Source: Octopus bimaculoides | Taxonomy: Eukaryota | Direction: 5' to 3' | Length of the DNA stretch: 34,645 nucleotides | Assembly (NCBI RefSeq): GCF_001194135.2 | Contig: NC_068982.1 | Span: 76,882,591 to 76,917,235, forward strand | Part shown: positions 11,165 to 22,585 of the stretch, piece by piece | Numbering within the stretch: the first letter of the stretch is position 1 | Layout of the letters: every line of letters starts with the position of its first letter | The notes under the pieces: model-generated | What the model saw: only the letters and a program-made list of their open reading frames with translations | Told to the model about the DNA's origin: nothing | Database searches by the model: none | Position numbers and translations under genes: made by a program

Positions 11165-12420
11165 TAGAGCCTTGCAAATAAATTGAAACAATTTTTACGA
11201 TGCATAAAACTGGTTATAAATACTAAAACAGTAGTAGTAGACAGATATAATTTTAATGTAACATTTATTACAACAAAAACATTTATCACTCAATATGGCC
11301 GCTCTTTGGGGAAATTACTGCCTCTGCACGAAAACTAAATTTTTTTGGGGGGGGTGAGCTGCCGCAACCCCCGCCTTTTTGATTTTGCGTGTAGCACGTA
11401 CGATGCAGGTTTTCAATCCGTTGACATTCGAGTGTGGCGAAGCATTGGTCCTTACTCGAAGTACGTTCCATAAAAAGTAATTGGGAAGGTTGAGATCTGA
11501 GCTATTACTGGGCCAGATGTTGNNNNNNNNNNNNNNNNNNNNNNNNNNNNNNNNNNNNNNNNNNNNNNNNNNNNNNNNNNNNNNNNNNNNNNNNNNNNNN
11601 NNNNNNNNNNNNNNNNNNNNNNNNNNNNNNNNNNNNNNNNNNNNNNNNNNNNNNNNNNNNNNNNNNNNNNNNNNNNNNNNNNNNNNNNNNNNNNNNNNNN
11701 NNNNNNNNNNNNNNNNNNNNNNNNNNNNNNNNNNNNNNNNNNNNNNNNNNNNNNNNNNNNNNNNNNNNNNNNNNNNNNNNNNNNNNNNNNNNNNNNNNNN
11801 NNNNNNNNNNNNNNNNNNNNNNNNNNNNNNNNNNNNNNNNNNNNNNNNNNNNNNNNNNNNNNNNNNNNNNNNNNNNNNNNNNNNNNNNNNNNNNNNNGAA
11901 GCTTTCGGCATCTCTCGGCTCTGATTGCTTTGGCCTTGGTTGTTAGGGAGTGACGGCGTCGTCGAACATAGCTAGTTATGCCAAGGTTCCTGTTTACAGC
12001 TCTGGATACTGTGAAAGGGACACATTGCGTTTCTTTGCAAGAGTTGTCATAGATGCGGATGGATTGGCTTCAATCGAGCGTTTGAACTTTGAATTGCGCT
12101 TGGAATCACTTCGAGTCTTGTGTTCTTTTCTATCAATCTTTCCCTCTTCTTTAAATTGTTTATACACACGATAAACTGTTGCTTTTGGAAGTTTCGTCAA
12201 CTTAACAATTCTATTGGCAGTGTGCCCGGCGCACGCCAAAACAACAATGGCGGGACGATTCTGTTGTTCCATGACTTTCTCTTGTCGAATCAGTTCGCTA
12301 TTTACCTGAAACACAAAGAGGAGGATTAGATTTTCAAGCAAGGTTTTGTCAAAAAAATGAAATGTTAGACCCTCTAAGTCAACTACTTAAAGTTGGTCTC
12401 AATTTATCTGCAAGACCCTG
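11165..12420 (-). mobile_element. Apparently full-length but decayed Tc1/mariner transposon (maT/DD37D-like)
   Basis: N-terminal HTH region MEQQNRPAIVVLACAGHTANRIVKLTKLPKATVYRVYKQFKEEG (ATG at 12272). C-terminal WPSNSSDLNLPNYFLWNVL resembles WPSNSPDLNPLDY. Termini 11163-11191 and 12394-12422 match as inverted repeats at 22/29, with TA at the right end and CA at the left. The catalytic region is partly lost in the gap 11523-11897. Confidence 0.85.
11523..11897. other. Assembly gap
   Basis: N run. Confidence 1.
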
Positions 12421-12489
12421 TATTATGTTTGCCCACCTCTACGACAATCCCCACCACCCACCAACCAATGCTCAGTCCTTTTTCCAGAA

Positions 12490-12895
12490 CAACGGTTCTC
12501 TAGACATACAATGAAATGCTAGGTCAGTGCTGTTGCAGTGCACAAACGTTTTAGAACACCTTTAAAAGAAGGACATCCGGATCATTCACAAAACCTCTGT
12601 CACAAACACACTACAACCTCTATCCCACAGTTGCACTGTCTCCTTACTGTGTTGATTTTACCGTTACTACAACAACCTCTGCGCTTCGAAACTACCTAGT
12701 TACATAAATACATACCAGCTACAACAAGTCACCCAAAACACATGTCCTTTCATCTCGTAACCAATACTCTGCCACCCCTTTCAAACCACTAAACCCAATT
12801 CCTCTTCTCCAGACTTTGGAATTTCCTTCCAACGAAGGTTTTCCTACTGACATTGGCCAAACTAAACATCAGCCCCATAAACAATTTCATTGATC
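12490..12895 (+). mobile_element. Decayed LINE 3' region (Ingi/Jockey-I group-like)
   Basis: LQPLSHSCTVSLLC*FYRYYNNLCASKL and SRLWNFLPTKVF resemble the LQPLSHRR.VASL.LFYRYY.G.CSSEL and RLWNSLP..VF motifs of these LINEs. Confidence 0.6.
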
Positions 12896-12914
12896 TCGGA
12901 GTGAAGGCACCTAA

Positions 12915-13165
12915 ACTAGTGGCTAGGATATTGCTTTTATGATTGCTAGATCATGGTTTCAATTTCCGGACCGAGCAATACGTCGTGTGTTCTTGAGCAT
13001 AACACATCGTTTCGCGTTGCTCCAGTCAACTTTGCAATAAATGTGTATCCCTGCAACAGACAAGCGTCCTGTTCAGAGATAATGTCGTGATTTCAGTCAC
13101 TTATACGCCATGAAAACCAGGTAAGTGGCCCAATGAATCCTAGGACTCCAAACAGTAATAACCAG

Positions 13166-13237
<72 letters not shown>
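12915..13237 (+). mobile_element. tRNA-derived SINE with a (GAT)n tail
   Basis: tRNA-like head (tagtggctagg..ggtttcaatttcc) and core gtgttcttgagca..acac, shared with 32718-33010 and 33028-33270. It ends in (GAT)n at about 13148-13237. Confidence 0.75.
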
Positions 13238-13241
<4 letters not shown>

Positions 13242-13816
13242 GAAGTACATGCACTTCTGTTTGATAATGTTTACGTATGTCATGATCAATAAAGCTGTGT
13301 AACATTTATTTTTGTCTCTTTTTTTTCTTTTTGTTTTTTCAGTAAGTGCTATTTCCTATTTGCTTTTATCTAGAAATCAAACGAAATGACGACTATTCTT
13401 TTCAAACTTTGCTTTTGTGATCTGGACATCAATGTTTTGAAACTGAGCTTTTTTCCATTATATTTCAGACAGACTCTGCTGAGTTACCGAAGCAGAAATA
13501 TCGTTATAGCAAATATTTTGCTCGATACCACAGATTTGCTTGTCAGTTGCTTGACCTTAACTATTTAAGCATGTCACTTAGTGGTTGACATGTGCATCTC
13601 TGATCATGCACGGGAGTAGTGGGGAAGCATCATTGCCATGTGTTGAGAGGGACTGGGCGGGGGAGGGGGGCTAATAAATGTAACAAAAGCAAAGTTTGAA
13701 GGAAATATTAGCCTTTTCATAGTTTCTAGGGGTAAGCAAATAGGACAAAAACCGTGTTCACAGTGTAATGAAATAAACTATCGAGAAATATGTATTGATT
13801 GCTCAGAATGAAACGA

Positions 13817-13954
13817 TTGGGTACAGCTGTTTGGACGCTGATAATTTGGCAGGGCTGACTGGGCACATGCGCATGCGCGCACAAATATGCGCATGCAGAT
13901 AGAGAGAGTGAGAGACAAAGAGAAAGCAATAACAATTTATTAACTGAGCACGAT
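13817..13954 (+). repeat. Copy 1 of an inverted dispersed repeat pair
   Basis: Three blocks match the reverse complement of 15852-16036 at 39/50, 27/33 and 21/27. Confidence 0.8.
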
Positions 13955-14467
13955 ACATTTCCCATCTCTTTATACACATGAAGAGAAATATGCTCGCACA
14001 AATAAACAGAGAAAGGTGGAGGAAGGAAGGGAGAGAGAGGGAAATGCTGAAACGTTTGATTCCAAATAAGTCAGTGTCAAATCAGCGACGCCAATTAAGC
14101 GGCGCCATAAATGCGATGCCAAATGCATCTCAACCCCATAATTTCTATCCATTGTCTAAATATTATCAGTAGGGAAGGAAAAATCTATCGTATATTTCTC
14201 TCTTGTTCTGACAATGAGCTTGCTACCAGTGATAATACCTAAATAAACACCAAACACAGAAATAAAGATTTTAAAAAAAAAAAAGGATTTTGATGCGTTG
14301 AATCGAACTATCGAGTTTATGATAACCATTAAACAGAACACTGGAAAATCGATTATAAACGTGGGTTTTCGTGTTCTTTTTCAGCAGGAGTTGTTATGAG
14401 GTATAAAAAAAAACACCACACCGGAATTTCTTAATCTACTTAAAATCGGTTTTATTCAGCTCACATA

Positions 14468-15140
14468 NNNNNNNNNNNNNNNNNNNNNNNNNNNNNNNNN
14501 NNNNNNNNNNNNNNNNNNNNNNNNNNNNNNNNNNNNNNNNNNNNNNNNNNNNNNNNNNNNNNNNNNNNNNNNNNNNNNNNNNNNNNNNNNNNNNNNNNNN
14601 NNNNNNNNNNNNNNNNNNNNNNNNNNNNNNNNNNNNNNNNNNNNNNNNNNNNNNNNNNNNNNNNNNNNNNNNNNNNNNNNNNNNNNNNNNNNNNNNNNNN
14701 NNNNNNNNNNNNNNNNNNNNNNNNNNNNNNNNNNNNNNNNNNNNNNNNNNNNNNNNNNNNNNNNNNNNNNNNNNNNNNNNNNNNNNNNNNNNNNNNNNNN
14801 NNNNNNNNNNNNNNNNNNNNNNNNNNNNNNNNNNNNNNNNNNNNNNNNNNNNNNNNNNNNNNNNNNNNNNNNNNNNNNNNNNNNNNNNNNNNNNNNNNNN
14901 NNNNNNNNNNNNNNNNNNNNNNNNNNNNNNNNNNNNNNNNNNNNNNNNNNNNNNNNNNNNNNNNNNNNNNNNNNNNNNNNNNNNNNNNNNNNNNNNNNNN
15001 NNNNNNNNNNNNNNNNNNNNNNNNNNNNNNNNNNNNNNNNNNNNNNNNNNNNNNNNNNNNNNNNNNNNNNNNNNNNNNNNNNNNNNNNNNNNNNNNNNNN
15101 NNNNNNNNNNNNNNNNNNNNNNNNNNNNNNNNNNNNNNNN
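14468..15140. other. Assembly gap
   Basis: N run. Confidence 1.
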
Positions 15141-15257
15141 TCTTCTTCAAATCCTGGGCTGACCATTGTCTGGTGGACAGAAAGTCTGTGGAAACCCGTA
15201 GTGTGTGTGTGTGCGTGCGTGCGTGCGTGTGTGCGTGTGTGCGCGCGCGTGCGCGTG

Positions 15258-15310
<53 letters not shown>

Positions 15311-15851
15311 TTTAAAATTATATTGAAGGAATACACGAAAAATCGCACACAAGACGTGAACATGCTCTTTCCTCGTCAATTATCATCCAAAAATCATAAC
15401 AATTTCGTGCCGTTAACTATAAGGTTGTTAATTTTGGTAGCATTAACATCAAAAATCTCATGGGAATAAATGAGCGAACATAGAGGACAGTGGCAAAAAC
15501 AAACAAACGATAAACGACTACAGAATAAGACAAAATAGGAAATGACAAAGGCCTTATGGTTATGGTACAACATTGAGACAACACATGTGTTGAGGATTCA
15601 TAGACTCGTATGGCTATCTCAGAAAGCTGCTCTAGCAGACTCGGTTAACATACCACATAGTAATCCAATACTGAGTAGTATAATGCAGAGCTCCCGCAGC
15701 TGAAAAGCAGAAGATCCGATTGATGAAATTATTTCAGGAAACGGCTGTAACCCTAAGGATGATGAGTTATTAAATAACTATTTTCACTTCTTATACCTCC
15801 TGACATTTTATAGTTTTTGTGTAAGAGGGTGTAAGAGGGTAAATATTGTCA

Positions 15852-16036
15852 ATCGTGTTCTGTCAATAAATCATTATGACCCACTCCATTCTTTCTCTTA
15901 CTCTTTATATCAGTATGCGTATATTTCTACCCGTGAGTGTGCGTTCGCTTCCAGTGCCAAAAAATAGTGTCACCAAAATAGGGTGAATGTCCAGTCAGCC
16001 GTGCCAAATCGTCTCCATTCAAACAGCTGCGCCCAA
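15852..16036 (-). repeat. Copy 2 of the inverted dispersed repeat pair
   Basis: See 13817-13954. Confidence 0.8.
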
Positions 16037-16160
16037 CAGTCTCACTCCACTGTGACTCATTTATTACACGAAGTATTCTTCTTCAACACTTATTCTAGTG
16101 TAGCCTAATGTAAATTACTGGAATAAATGTATATTGCTCCATCTTGTTATGTAAATCAAA

Positions 16161-16336
16161 CTCTATGAAGACACCTCCAAGTTTAAGTACCTCATTTCAA
16201 AGTCAAAATTAATATTCTTGCGAGTGCAATAAACAGAACTGTTAAAGCGAACATTGGTGAATTTATCGCCAGTTTTCATTATGGGTTATGCCAAAATCGA
16301 TAAACTCGGTAATCCCTTAAATCGTATCATAGCTTA
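16161..16336 (+). mobile_element. Penelope-like element RT remnant
   Basis: LYEDTSKFKYL...IGEFIASFHYGL, then after a +1 frameshift AKIDKLGNPLNRIIA. This matches the Penelope RT motif YGLPKIHKPGNPLRPIIS and the upstream DTSKFKK block. Confidence 0.7.
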
Positions 16337-16920
16337 AGTCATCAAAGCAATTAACAGCTTTAACTAGCTGGACATTTTACCTATTATATATATATATATA
16401 TATNNNNNNNNNNNNNNNNNNNNNNNNNNNNNNNNNNNNNNNNNNNNNNNNNNNNNNNNNNNNNNNCAGACATACATACAGACAGACATACATACATACA
16501 TACATACATACATACATACATACATACATACATACATACATACATACATACGATAAACTCCACCAAGTAGTAATAAAGAAATTTAATGAGCAGTGGCCAC
16601 GTGTTTAATGCCGATTGGTTGGCGATGTGTGAGTCTAATCCCTGCTGTATCGGTCACATCACAATTTACATCAACATCTTGCTTTATGACTTTTGTAACA
16701 AAGCTCTACATTTTCGGGGCGGAGTTGAATGAAATTAATTTATCTCCAGCATTTAGTTGGTGCATTTTTATCGATACCCTAGTACAATAAAAATAAATGT
16801 CTACCCTAGTAGGATTTGAATTCACAAAATAAAAGAACGTGATTTATTATTGCGAGGCAATCTACTATGTCTACGAACAAACATCCTTATGCAACTTACG
16901 CCATGAATTATTGCAGAATT

Positions 16921-17125
16921 ACTAAATAACCTTTATGCTTCTCATCTGGAAACCTTTACATATACATATGGTGATCTTTATGTTTCCTATTTGGATACAT
17001 CTACGTTTTCCATCAACTGACCTTTACGTTTCACATCTGGTGATCTTTATGTTGCCTATCTGGTGACCTTTACTTTTCACATCTGATGACCTTTACATTA
17101 TCTATCAGGTTACCTTTACATTGTT
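16921..17125. repeat. Degenerate 23-bp minisatellite, about 9 units
   Basis: Consensus atctggtgacctttacgtttcac. Units are contiguous, with no spacers. Confidence 0.85.
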
Positions 17126-17372
17126 AGTGTTGGTCAACACCAGGTCGGCTGTGATTGAGCCAATCTATAATCAAATCATTTAATCTATAGCCATACGACT
17201 GTTTTGTGGTGTTTTTTTTGTCTTTTTTTTTTCAACAATTGTACACCCTGGACTACAATATCTATTGGACGTTAAGTTGTTGACTAAGGGAGATGTATTT
17301 GCTATTTTTAGCATGTCAAGTGATCATGTAGAGGCTCTCTACTTGACTCAACACACACACACATAAAAGCGA

Positions 17373-17545
17373 CAGGGTGCTGAAAAGTTCCAGGTTTTAA
17401 GGGTGTCGCGAAAGGCCTGGCTGGAGGCCCAACCTTCCCAGTTATTTTATAGGTCTTAGAAAGACTGAAACACCACTGCAATAAGTATGTGAATCCTCTG
17501 GGTAAATTTTTTTTTGCCAAAAGCCAGGAACTTTTCAGCGCCCTT
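17373..17545. mobile_element. Mariner-type MITE
   Basis: The left TIR cagggtgctgaaaagttccaggtttt matches the reverse complement of the right end (aagggcgctgaaaagttcctggcttt) at 22/26. Confidence 0.8.
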
Positions 17546-17623
17546 TCATGTATATATAAATAGAAAGAGGGGGAAATAAAGAGAGACGGAGAAATAAAGC
17601 GAAGAATAGAGAGAGAGGGCAAG

Positions 17624-17624
<1 letters not shown>

Positions 17625-17701
<77 letters not shown>

Positions 17702-17744
17702 TAGATAGATAGANNNNNNNNNNCAGACAGACAGACAGACAGAC

Positions 17745-17811
<67 letters not shown>

Positions 17812-17812
17812 C
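17625..17812. repeat. (CAGA)n/(TAGA)n microsatellite with a 10-N gap
   Basis: Direct reading. Confidence 0.95.
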
Positions 17813-18309
17813 TAGGGGTAGTTTAATTGACTATTCAGCTCTAAATAAAAATGTGTGGCCTTACACCAAAAGTTGGAGATTATTAAAATTGGTGATGTGG
17901 TGTCGAGAATACGGAAAATAAATAACGGAACTCATGGAGCAGGACAAAAAGCTTTGCTGTTACCTGCGCTAGTACGAACCACCCCACTCCCAATAATTTT
18001 CCTAGTACCACATGAAGCGAAGTATAGAGGGGTGGTTTAAATAACCTATCCAAGGAAATATTGTTGCACTTTCAGAGGGTAATGCTGCCAACAAAAACAC
18101 ATGCACTGGTTATGTTTCACTTCGGTTTTATTATCAATTAGATAATTAACAAATTGATAAATTGGTTCATCAATTAGTCCTTCAAAGTCCTTTCGTCACA
18201 GACTGACCTCATCACAAGTTCTGTGAGACGGACAGTAAGCATGCAATAAATGCTGAGGTGAAAAGATACTTGAGGAACACATAGACATTGATAAGATCAC
18301 AGATAGCAA

Positions 18310-18545
18310 AACTGCTAGGTTACTGGGACGTAAACAAACTAATACCGGTTGTCAAACGGTGGTTGGGAGCAAACATATACTTATAACGAGCTTCCATGCA
18401 GTTTCCGTCTGCCAAATTCACTCACAAGACATTGGTTGGCCCAGGTTTATAATAGAAGAAACTTGCCTATGATACCGCGCCGTGGGACTGAACCTAAAAC
18501 CACGAGGCTGCAAAGCGAGCTTCTTAACCACACAGCCATGCCTGG
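18310..18545 (-). mobile_element. tRNA-derived SINE (5' part)
   Basis: The reverse complement gives catggctgtgtggttaagaagctcgc..ggttcagtcccacgg and the core gtgagtgaatttggcagacggaaactg. Confidence 0.85.
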
Positions 18546-18714
18546 GCCTATAATTTTAATGTCTTGCTTAATCAGACCTTAATCCGGATAACGATAACAA
18601 ACTTTCAAATATATACCAGTAATATAATGAATGTGTCGAATCGACATAGTCATTATGTTCCGGCACTACAAAATTTGTCATATGATGAAGAAAAAGTATT
18701 TATTTTGTTGACAT

Positions 18715-19425
18715 CATGGTTTCGGGTTCAATCCCACTGCGTGGTACCTTGGGCAATTGTCTTCTGCTATAGCCTCGGGCCAACCAAAGTCTTGTGAGTG
18801 GATTTGGTAAATGGAAACTGAAAGATGCCCGTCATATATATATGTATGTATGTGTATGTGTACATATATGTGTTATTTCTTTACTACCCACAAGGAGCTA
18901 CACACAGAGGGGACAAACAAGGACAGATAAACGGATTAAGTCGATTATATCGACGCCAGTGCGTAACTGGTACTTATTTAATCGACCCCGAAAAGATGAA
19001 AGGCAAAGTCGACCTCGGCGAAATTTGAACTCATAACGTAGCGGCAGATGAAATACCGCTAAGCATTTCGCCCGACGTGCTAACGTTTCTGCCAGCTCGC
19101 CGCCGTGTGTGTGTGTATGTATAGTGTGTGTGTGTGTGTGTGTATGTGTGTGTGTTTGTGTGGTGTGTGGTGTGTGTATATATATGTGTGTGTGTGTATG
19201 GCTTTGTGTCCGTGTTTGTCCCCCACCACCGCTTGACAACTGGTATTGGCGTGTTTATGTCCCCATAACTTAACGGTTCGACAAACAACCCGATAGAATA
19301 AGTACCAGGCTTAGTAAAAAGTATTGAATACTAGGGTTGATTCATTCAACTAAAGATTCTTCAGGGCGGTGCCCCAGCATGGCCGCAGTCTAATGACTGG
19401 AACAAGTAAAAGATAAAAGATGAAA
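18715..19425 (+). mobile_element. tRNA-derived SINE interrupted by a second SINE
   Basis: Head and core at 18715-18833, internal microsatellite, and tail at about 19205-19425 ending ccccagcatggccgcagtctaatgactggaacaagtaaaagataaaag. Confidence 0.85.
18875..19104 (-). mobile_element. Full-length SINE of a second family, nested in the previous SINE
   Basis: The reverse complement starts ggcggcgagctggcagaaacgttagcacg (A-box-like), has gagttcaaatttcgcc (B-box-like) and the core ggtcgactttgcctttcatc, and ends gtagtaaagaaat. Confidence 0.9.
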
Positions 19426-19724
19426 GGTAAATCATAAAAATGTTAGTAAATTTTCGTGAGAACGTGAATTTCTTTTTTTTTCTTTGAATAGTTGATCTCG
19501 AAGTACATAAAGCTATAAATAATAGTATGTAAATATTGGATGAAAAACTCCTTTTGAATAGAAAAAGTTCCACGTGCAGACTTTGACTTTTACTATCCAT
19601 ATGGGATTTCTAACCCAATATTTACTTATTATTTATAGCTTTATGTGCTTCGAGATCCACTGTTAGAAAAAATTATTTATTCTTTTATTCACTTACTTGA
19701 GGAAATATGAATCCCATGTCCTCT

Positions 19725-19835
<111 letters not shown>

Positions 19836-20061
19836 TGTGTGTGCGCGCGCGAACGTGTTAGTCAGTGTTTGTTTGTATGTGTGGTGTGTGTGTGTATGTG
19901 TGTGATATGGTAATACGTGAAGAGACGAAGGATCACGTGTTCTATGAAACAAACTTGGATGCAAAGATACACGGTGATCAAACGGTATAAAACCGATCGC
20001 CTAATCGATATTCGTTATTTCTCTGATGTCACTAACATATTTCAAACACAAATCTCTTTCT

Positions 20062-20098
<37 letters not shown>

Positions 20099-20569
20099 TT
20101 TCTCTCTCTTTCTCGCTCTCCTACTCTATTCCCCTCCCTCTCCTCTTCTCTTTCTCTATCTCATCATCATTTCTCCTTTTCTCTCTCCCACTCTCTCATC
20201 TCATCCCTCATCTCTCTCTCATCTTCTCTGATCTAATCTCCTCTACCAAAGGTCACCACCTGTCAACTCTCTTCATCACTATAGCTGTTGACACCATTAA
20301 CATCTTTATCTGATGCCACGGAGATATAAAGTGAGGTCACACCAGTTGACATCCTAACACGACACACTTAACTCACATTCCTAGCTACGGTCACTGAGGT
20401 GATAGGCTGATCAGCGTTAAATTGAACTTAATCACGACTGAATTAAACAGCGTATTTTCGCGCATTACAATTTAGACAACTTCACTGAGTCATGGAACAA
20501 TTTTAAGATTAATATTCATCATTGCCACCCATCCATCTCTCTGTCGAGAAATAGATGATAAGAGACTGA

Positions 20570-20878
20570 CATTGTTGTGTGAATAGCAAGTCCGATATGC
20601 AACCAAGTGGCTCGTGGTTCGGATCCGCTGCGCAATACTTTAGAACTACATATGTGTGTGTGTTTGTGCGTGTGTGCGTTTGTGTGCGCGTGCGCGTATT
20701 TTTGTACTTGTTCCTGTCCCTCACCTTACCACTTGACAACCGGTGTTGGTTTCTTTACGAACCCATTTATAGCACTTCGATCGAGAAAAAAAAACGATAG
20801 AATAAGTACCAAACTTTAAAATAAATCCTGGGCAGTGGCCCAGCATAGCTGCAATCCAGTGACTGAAACTAGTAATAG
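20570..20878 (+). mobile_element. Degenerate SINE
   Basis: B-box-like ggttcggatcc, internal microsatellite, and the tail blocks cttgacaaccggtgttgg, gatagaataagtacc and cccagcatagctgca..gactgaaac. Confidence 0.75.
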
Positions 20879-21120
20879 ATTATATATACGTATACACACA
20901 TATATATACATACATCATTATCTTTTTGTATGCATGTATATATATATATATATATAATGTATATAAATATAAACAAACTAACATTTATTTTTTATAAGCG
21001 ACGAAATGAGTGTTGTACGATACAAAATAAGATGATATTATTTCGAACGCAGGATTGCCGTTAGAAGAGCAGAAATACTGGGTAAATTACCCTTACAAAG
21101 CAGAAAAATTTATCGACAAA

Positions 21121-21190
21121 CAGCCAAGGGACTCGAAACCAAATCCTCAAGACTCCAGCAGAGTGCTTTACCGTTAAGCTAAACTGCCCA
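21121..21190 (-). pseudogene. tRNA-like remnant (tRNA pseudogene or isolated SINE head)
   Basis: Minus strand GGCAGTT TAGCTTAACGGTAAAGCA ... GGTTTCGAGTCC, with A-box and B-box at tRNA spacing. The stems are degenerate and the anticodon cannot be assigned. Confidence 0.45.
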
Positions 21191-21254
21191 CTGGCAAATT
21201 TATTCGCAAATTTAGACACTAAATAGCTAAATGAACAACTACGTGTTGTTGACA

Positions 21255-21372
21255 AATTTCACACAGTTTTATTCTGCCAAATTCATTCACACACAAGGCC
21301 TCGGTAGATCAAGGTGGAGTGGGATAGAACCTGAAACCTCATGTCTGAAACCTCCTTAACCACACAACCATT
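21255..21372 (-). mobile_element. SINE 5' fragment
   Basis: The reverse complement has tggttgtgtggttaagg..ggttctatcccact and gtgaatgaatttggcag. Confidence 0.7.
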
Positions 21373-21464
21373 TTTTAAAACGTTTTCTTCTCCTTTAACA
21401 TGGTGGAGCAGCACCACCTGTGCAGCAGGTACTGTTTCCCTAGTACTTAACTTTTGATGAATGA

Positions 21465-22025
21465 CGAAGTGTGATGCCATTGCTCTCTACGACGTTGGTT
21501 TGTCTGGAATTGCGGATAATCGAGTATTCAAGTGATTTCTGAATAAATCTTTCTCCACATGTAGATTTCACAGTTTATTTAGGAAAATATTAAAAAGCTG
21601 TAAGCTTTTGAACTTTAGGCTGCTGCAGTATGTAGCTTTGATTTGTGATAAGGAAGGGGGAATCTTTGGGACAAAGCAGTACAACCAGTTCGAGGATTAG
21701 TTCGCAGTGACAACCAGTTCGAGGATTACGAGTACTTCAAGAATCTTCAACCTATAAATCAGAGCATATCTTTACCATCTTCCCAACAAAGAATAAAGTT
21801 TTTAGTACGTCCAACCTCTTCCAATAGCTTAGCTATTGCATTGATTCGATCTTCGTGAGCCATCGTTGAATTGTTTCTAGATTTGCTGGTAGCTTAATAC
21901 TATTTGGTGACCATCGTTGTGAGCAGCAGTCCAGACGGTTGAGGACAAATGTTTTTCACATAGCAACATGGTTTCTCACTCTCTTGGACCTAAGGATCCA
22001 TCCCACCATCTTAGTAATGCGTACT
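21465..22025 (-). mobile_element. Decayed CR1/L2-group LINE 3' end
   Basis: KMVGWILRS..KTFVLNRLDCCSQRWSPNSIKLPANLETIQRWLTKIESMQ*LSYWKRL, then NPRTG..VPKIP..YCSSL..QLFNI..IPDKPT. These match the LDYCSQLWSP, LSYWERL and NSL-type motifs. An internal ~24-bp tandem duplication lies at 21676-21728. Confidence 0.85.
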
Positions 22026-22053
22026 GAAAAGATGCATCATCACTTATATGTAT

Positions 22054-22138
22054 TGGTTTCAAATCTTGGCACAAGACCACCTGATTTGGGGAGGGGATAA
22101 GTCGATTACATCGACCCCAGTATTCAACTGGTACTTAT
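22054..22138 (-). mobile_element. SINE 3' fragment
   Basis: The reverse complement of this segment matches the tail of the SINE at 29520-29725 (aagtacc..ggggtcgatgtaatcgacttatcccc..ccttgtgcc..gaaacca). Confidence 0.75.
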
Positions 22139-22208
22139 GCATTTGCATTGTTGTAGCTTTTCTAATGATGCTGCCCCTCCAGCCAGGCGGGCAGGCTACT
22201 ATAAGAGA

Positions 22209-22278
<70 letters not shown>

Positions 22279-22294
22279 TATATATGTGTGCATC

Positions 22295-22505
22295 TTTGCG
22301 TTTGCGTTTGTCCCCTCCACACTGCTTATTGTACACAATAAGTATTGGCTTGTTTATGTCTCCGTAACTTAGTGGCTCGGTAAATGAGACTAATAAAATA
22401 AGTAGCAAACTAAGGGGCCGATATTTGCTGGACCAAAAACACTTCAAAGCGATGCCCCAGCATGGCCACAGTCCGATAACTGAAACAAGTAAAAAGAAGA
22501 AAAAA
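22295..22505 (+). mobile_element. SINE 3' half
   Basis: Same tail blocks as 52-245. Confidence 0.8.
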
Positions 22506-22585
22506 AGACCACCTATAGAAAGTGAAAATATTATATTGTGGAAGAACCATTTCAGCCATTTAAGAACACACAATAACAGGTATTG

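Noticed and set aside
9404-13560. Plus-strand exon chain 9404-9461, 10814-10894, 13466 onward, downstream of the ATG at 8356
   Set aside because: Phases do not connect on careful reading, and 9404-9461 looks like a repeat fragment with an internal palindrome.
13867-13897. Two GCGCATGC (NRF1-like) motifs suggesting a promoter
   Set aside because: They lie inside a dispersed repeat copy and resemble (GC)/(AT) microsatellite decay.
16921-17125. 23-bp repeat array as a possible CRISPR
   Set aside because: The units are contiguous with no unique spacers, the context is eukaryotic and there are no cas genes.
19985-20010. TATAAAA with a nearby ATCGATA (DRE-like) motif
   Set aside because: Such short AT-rich motifs are expected by chance here, and no downstream exon is evident.
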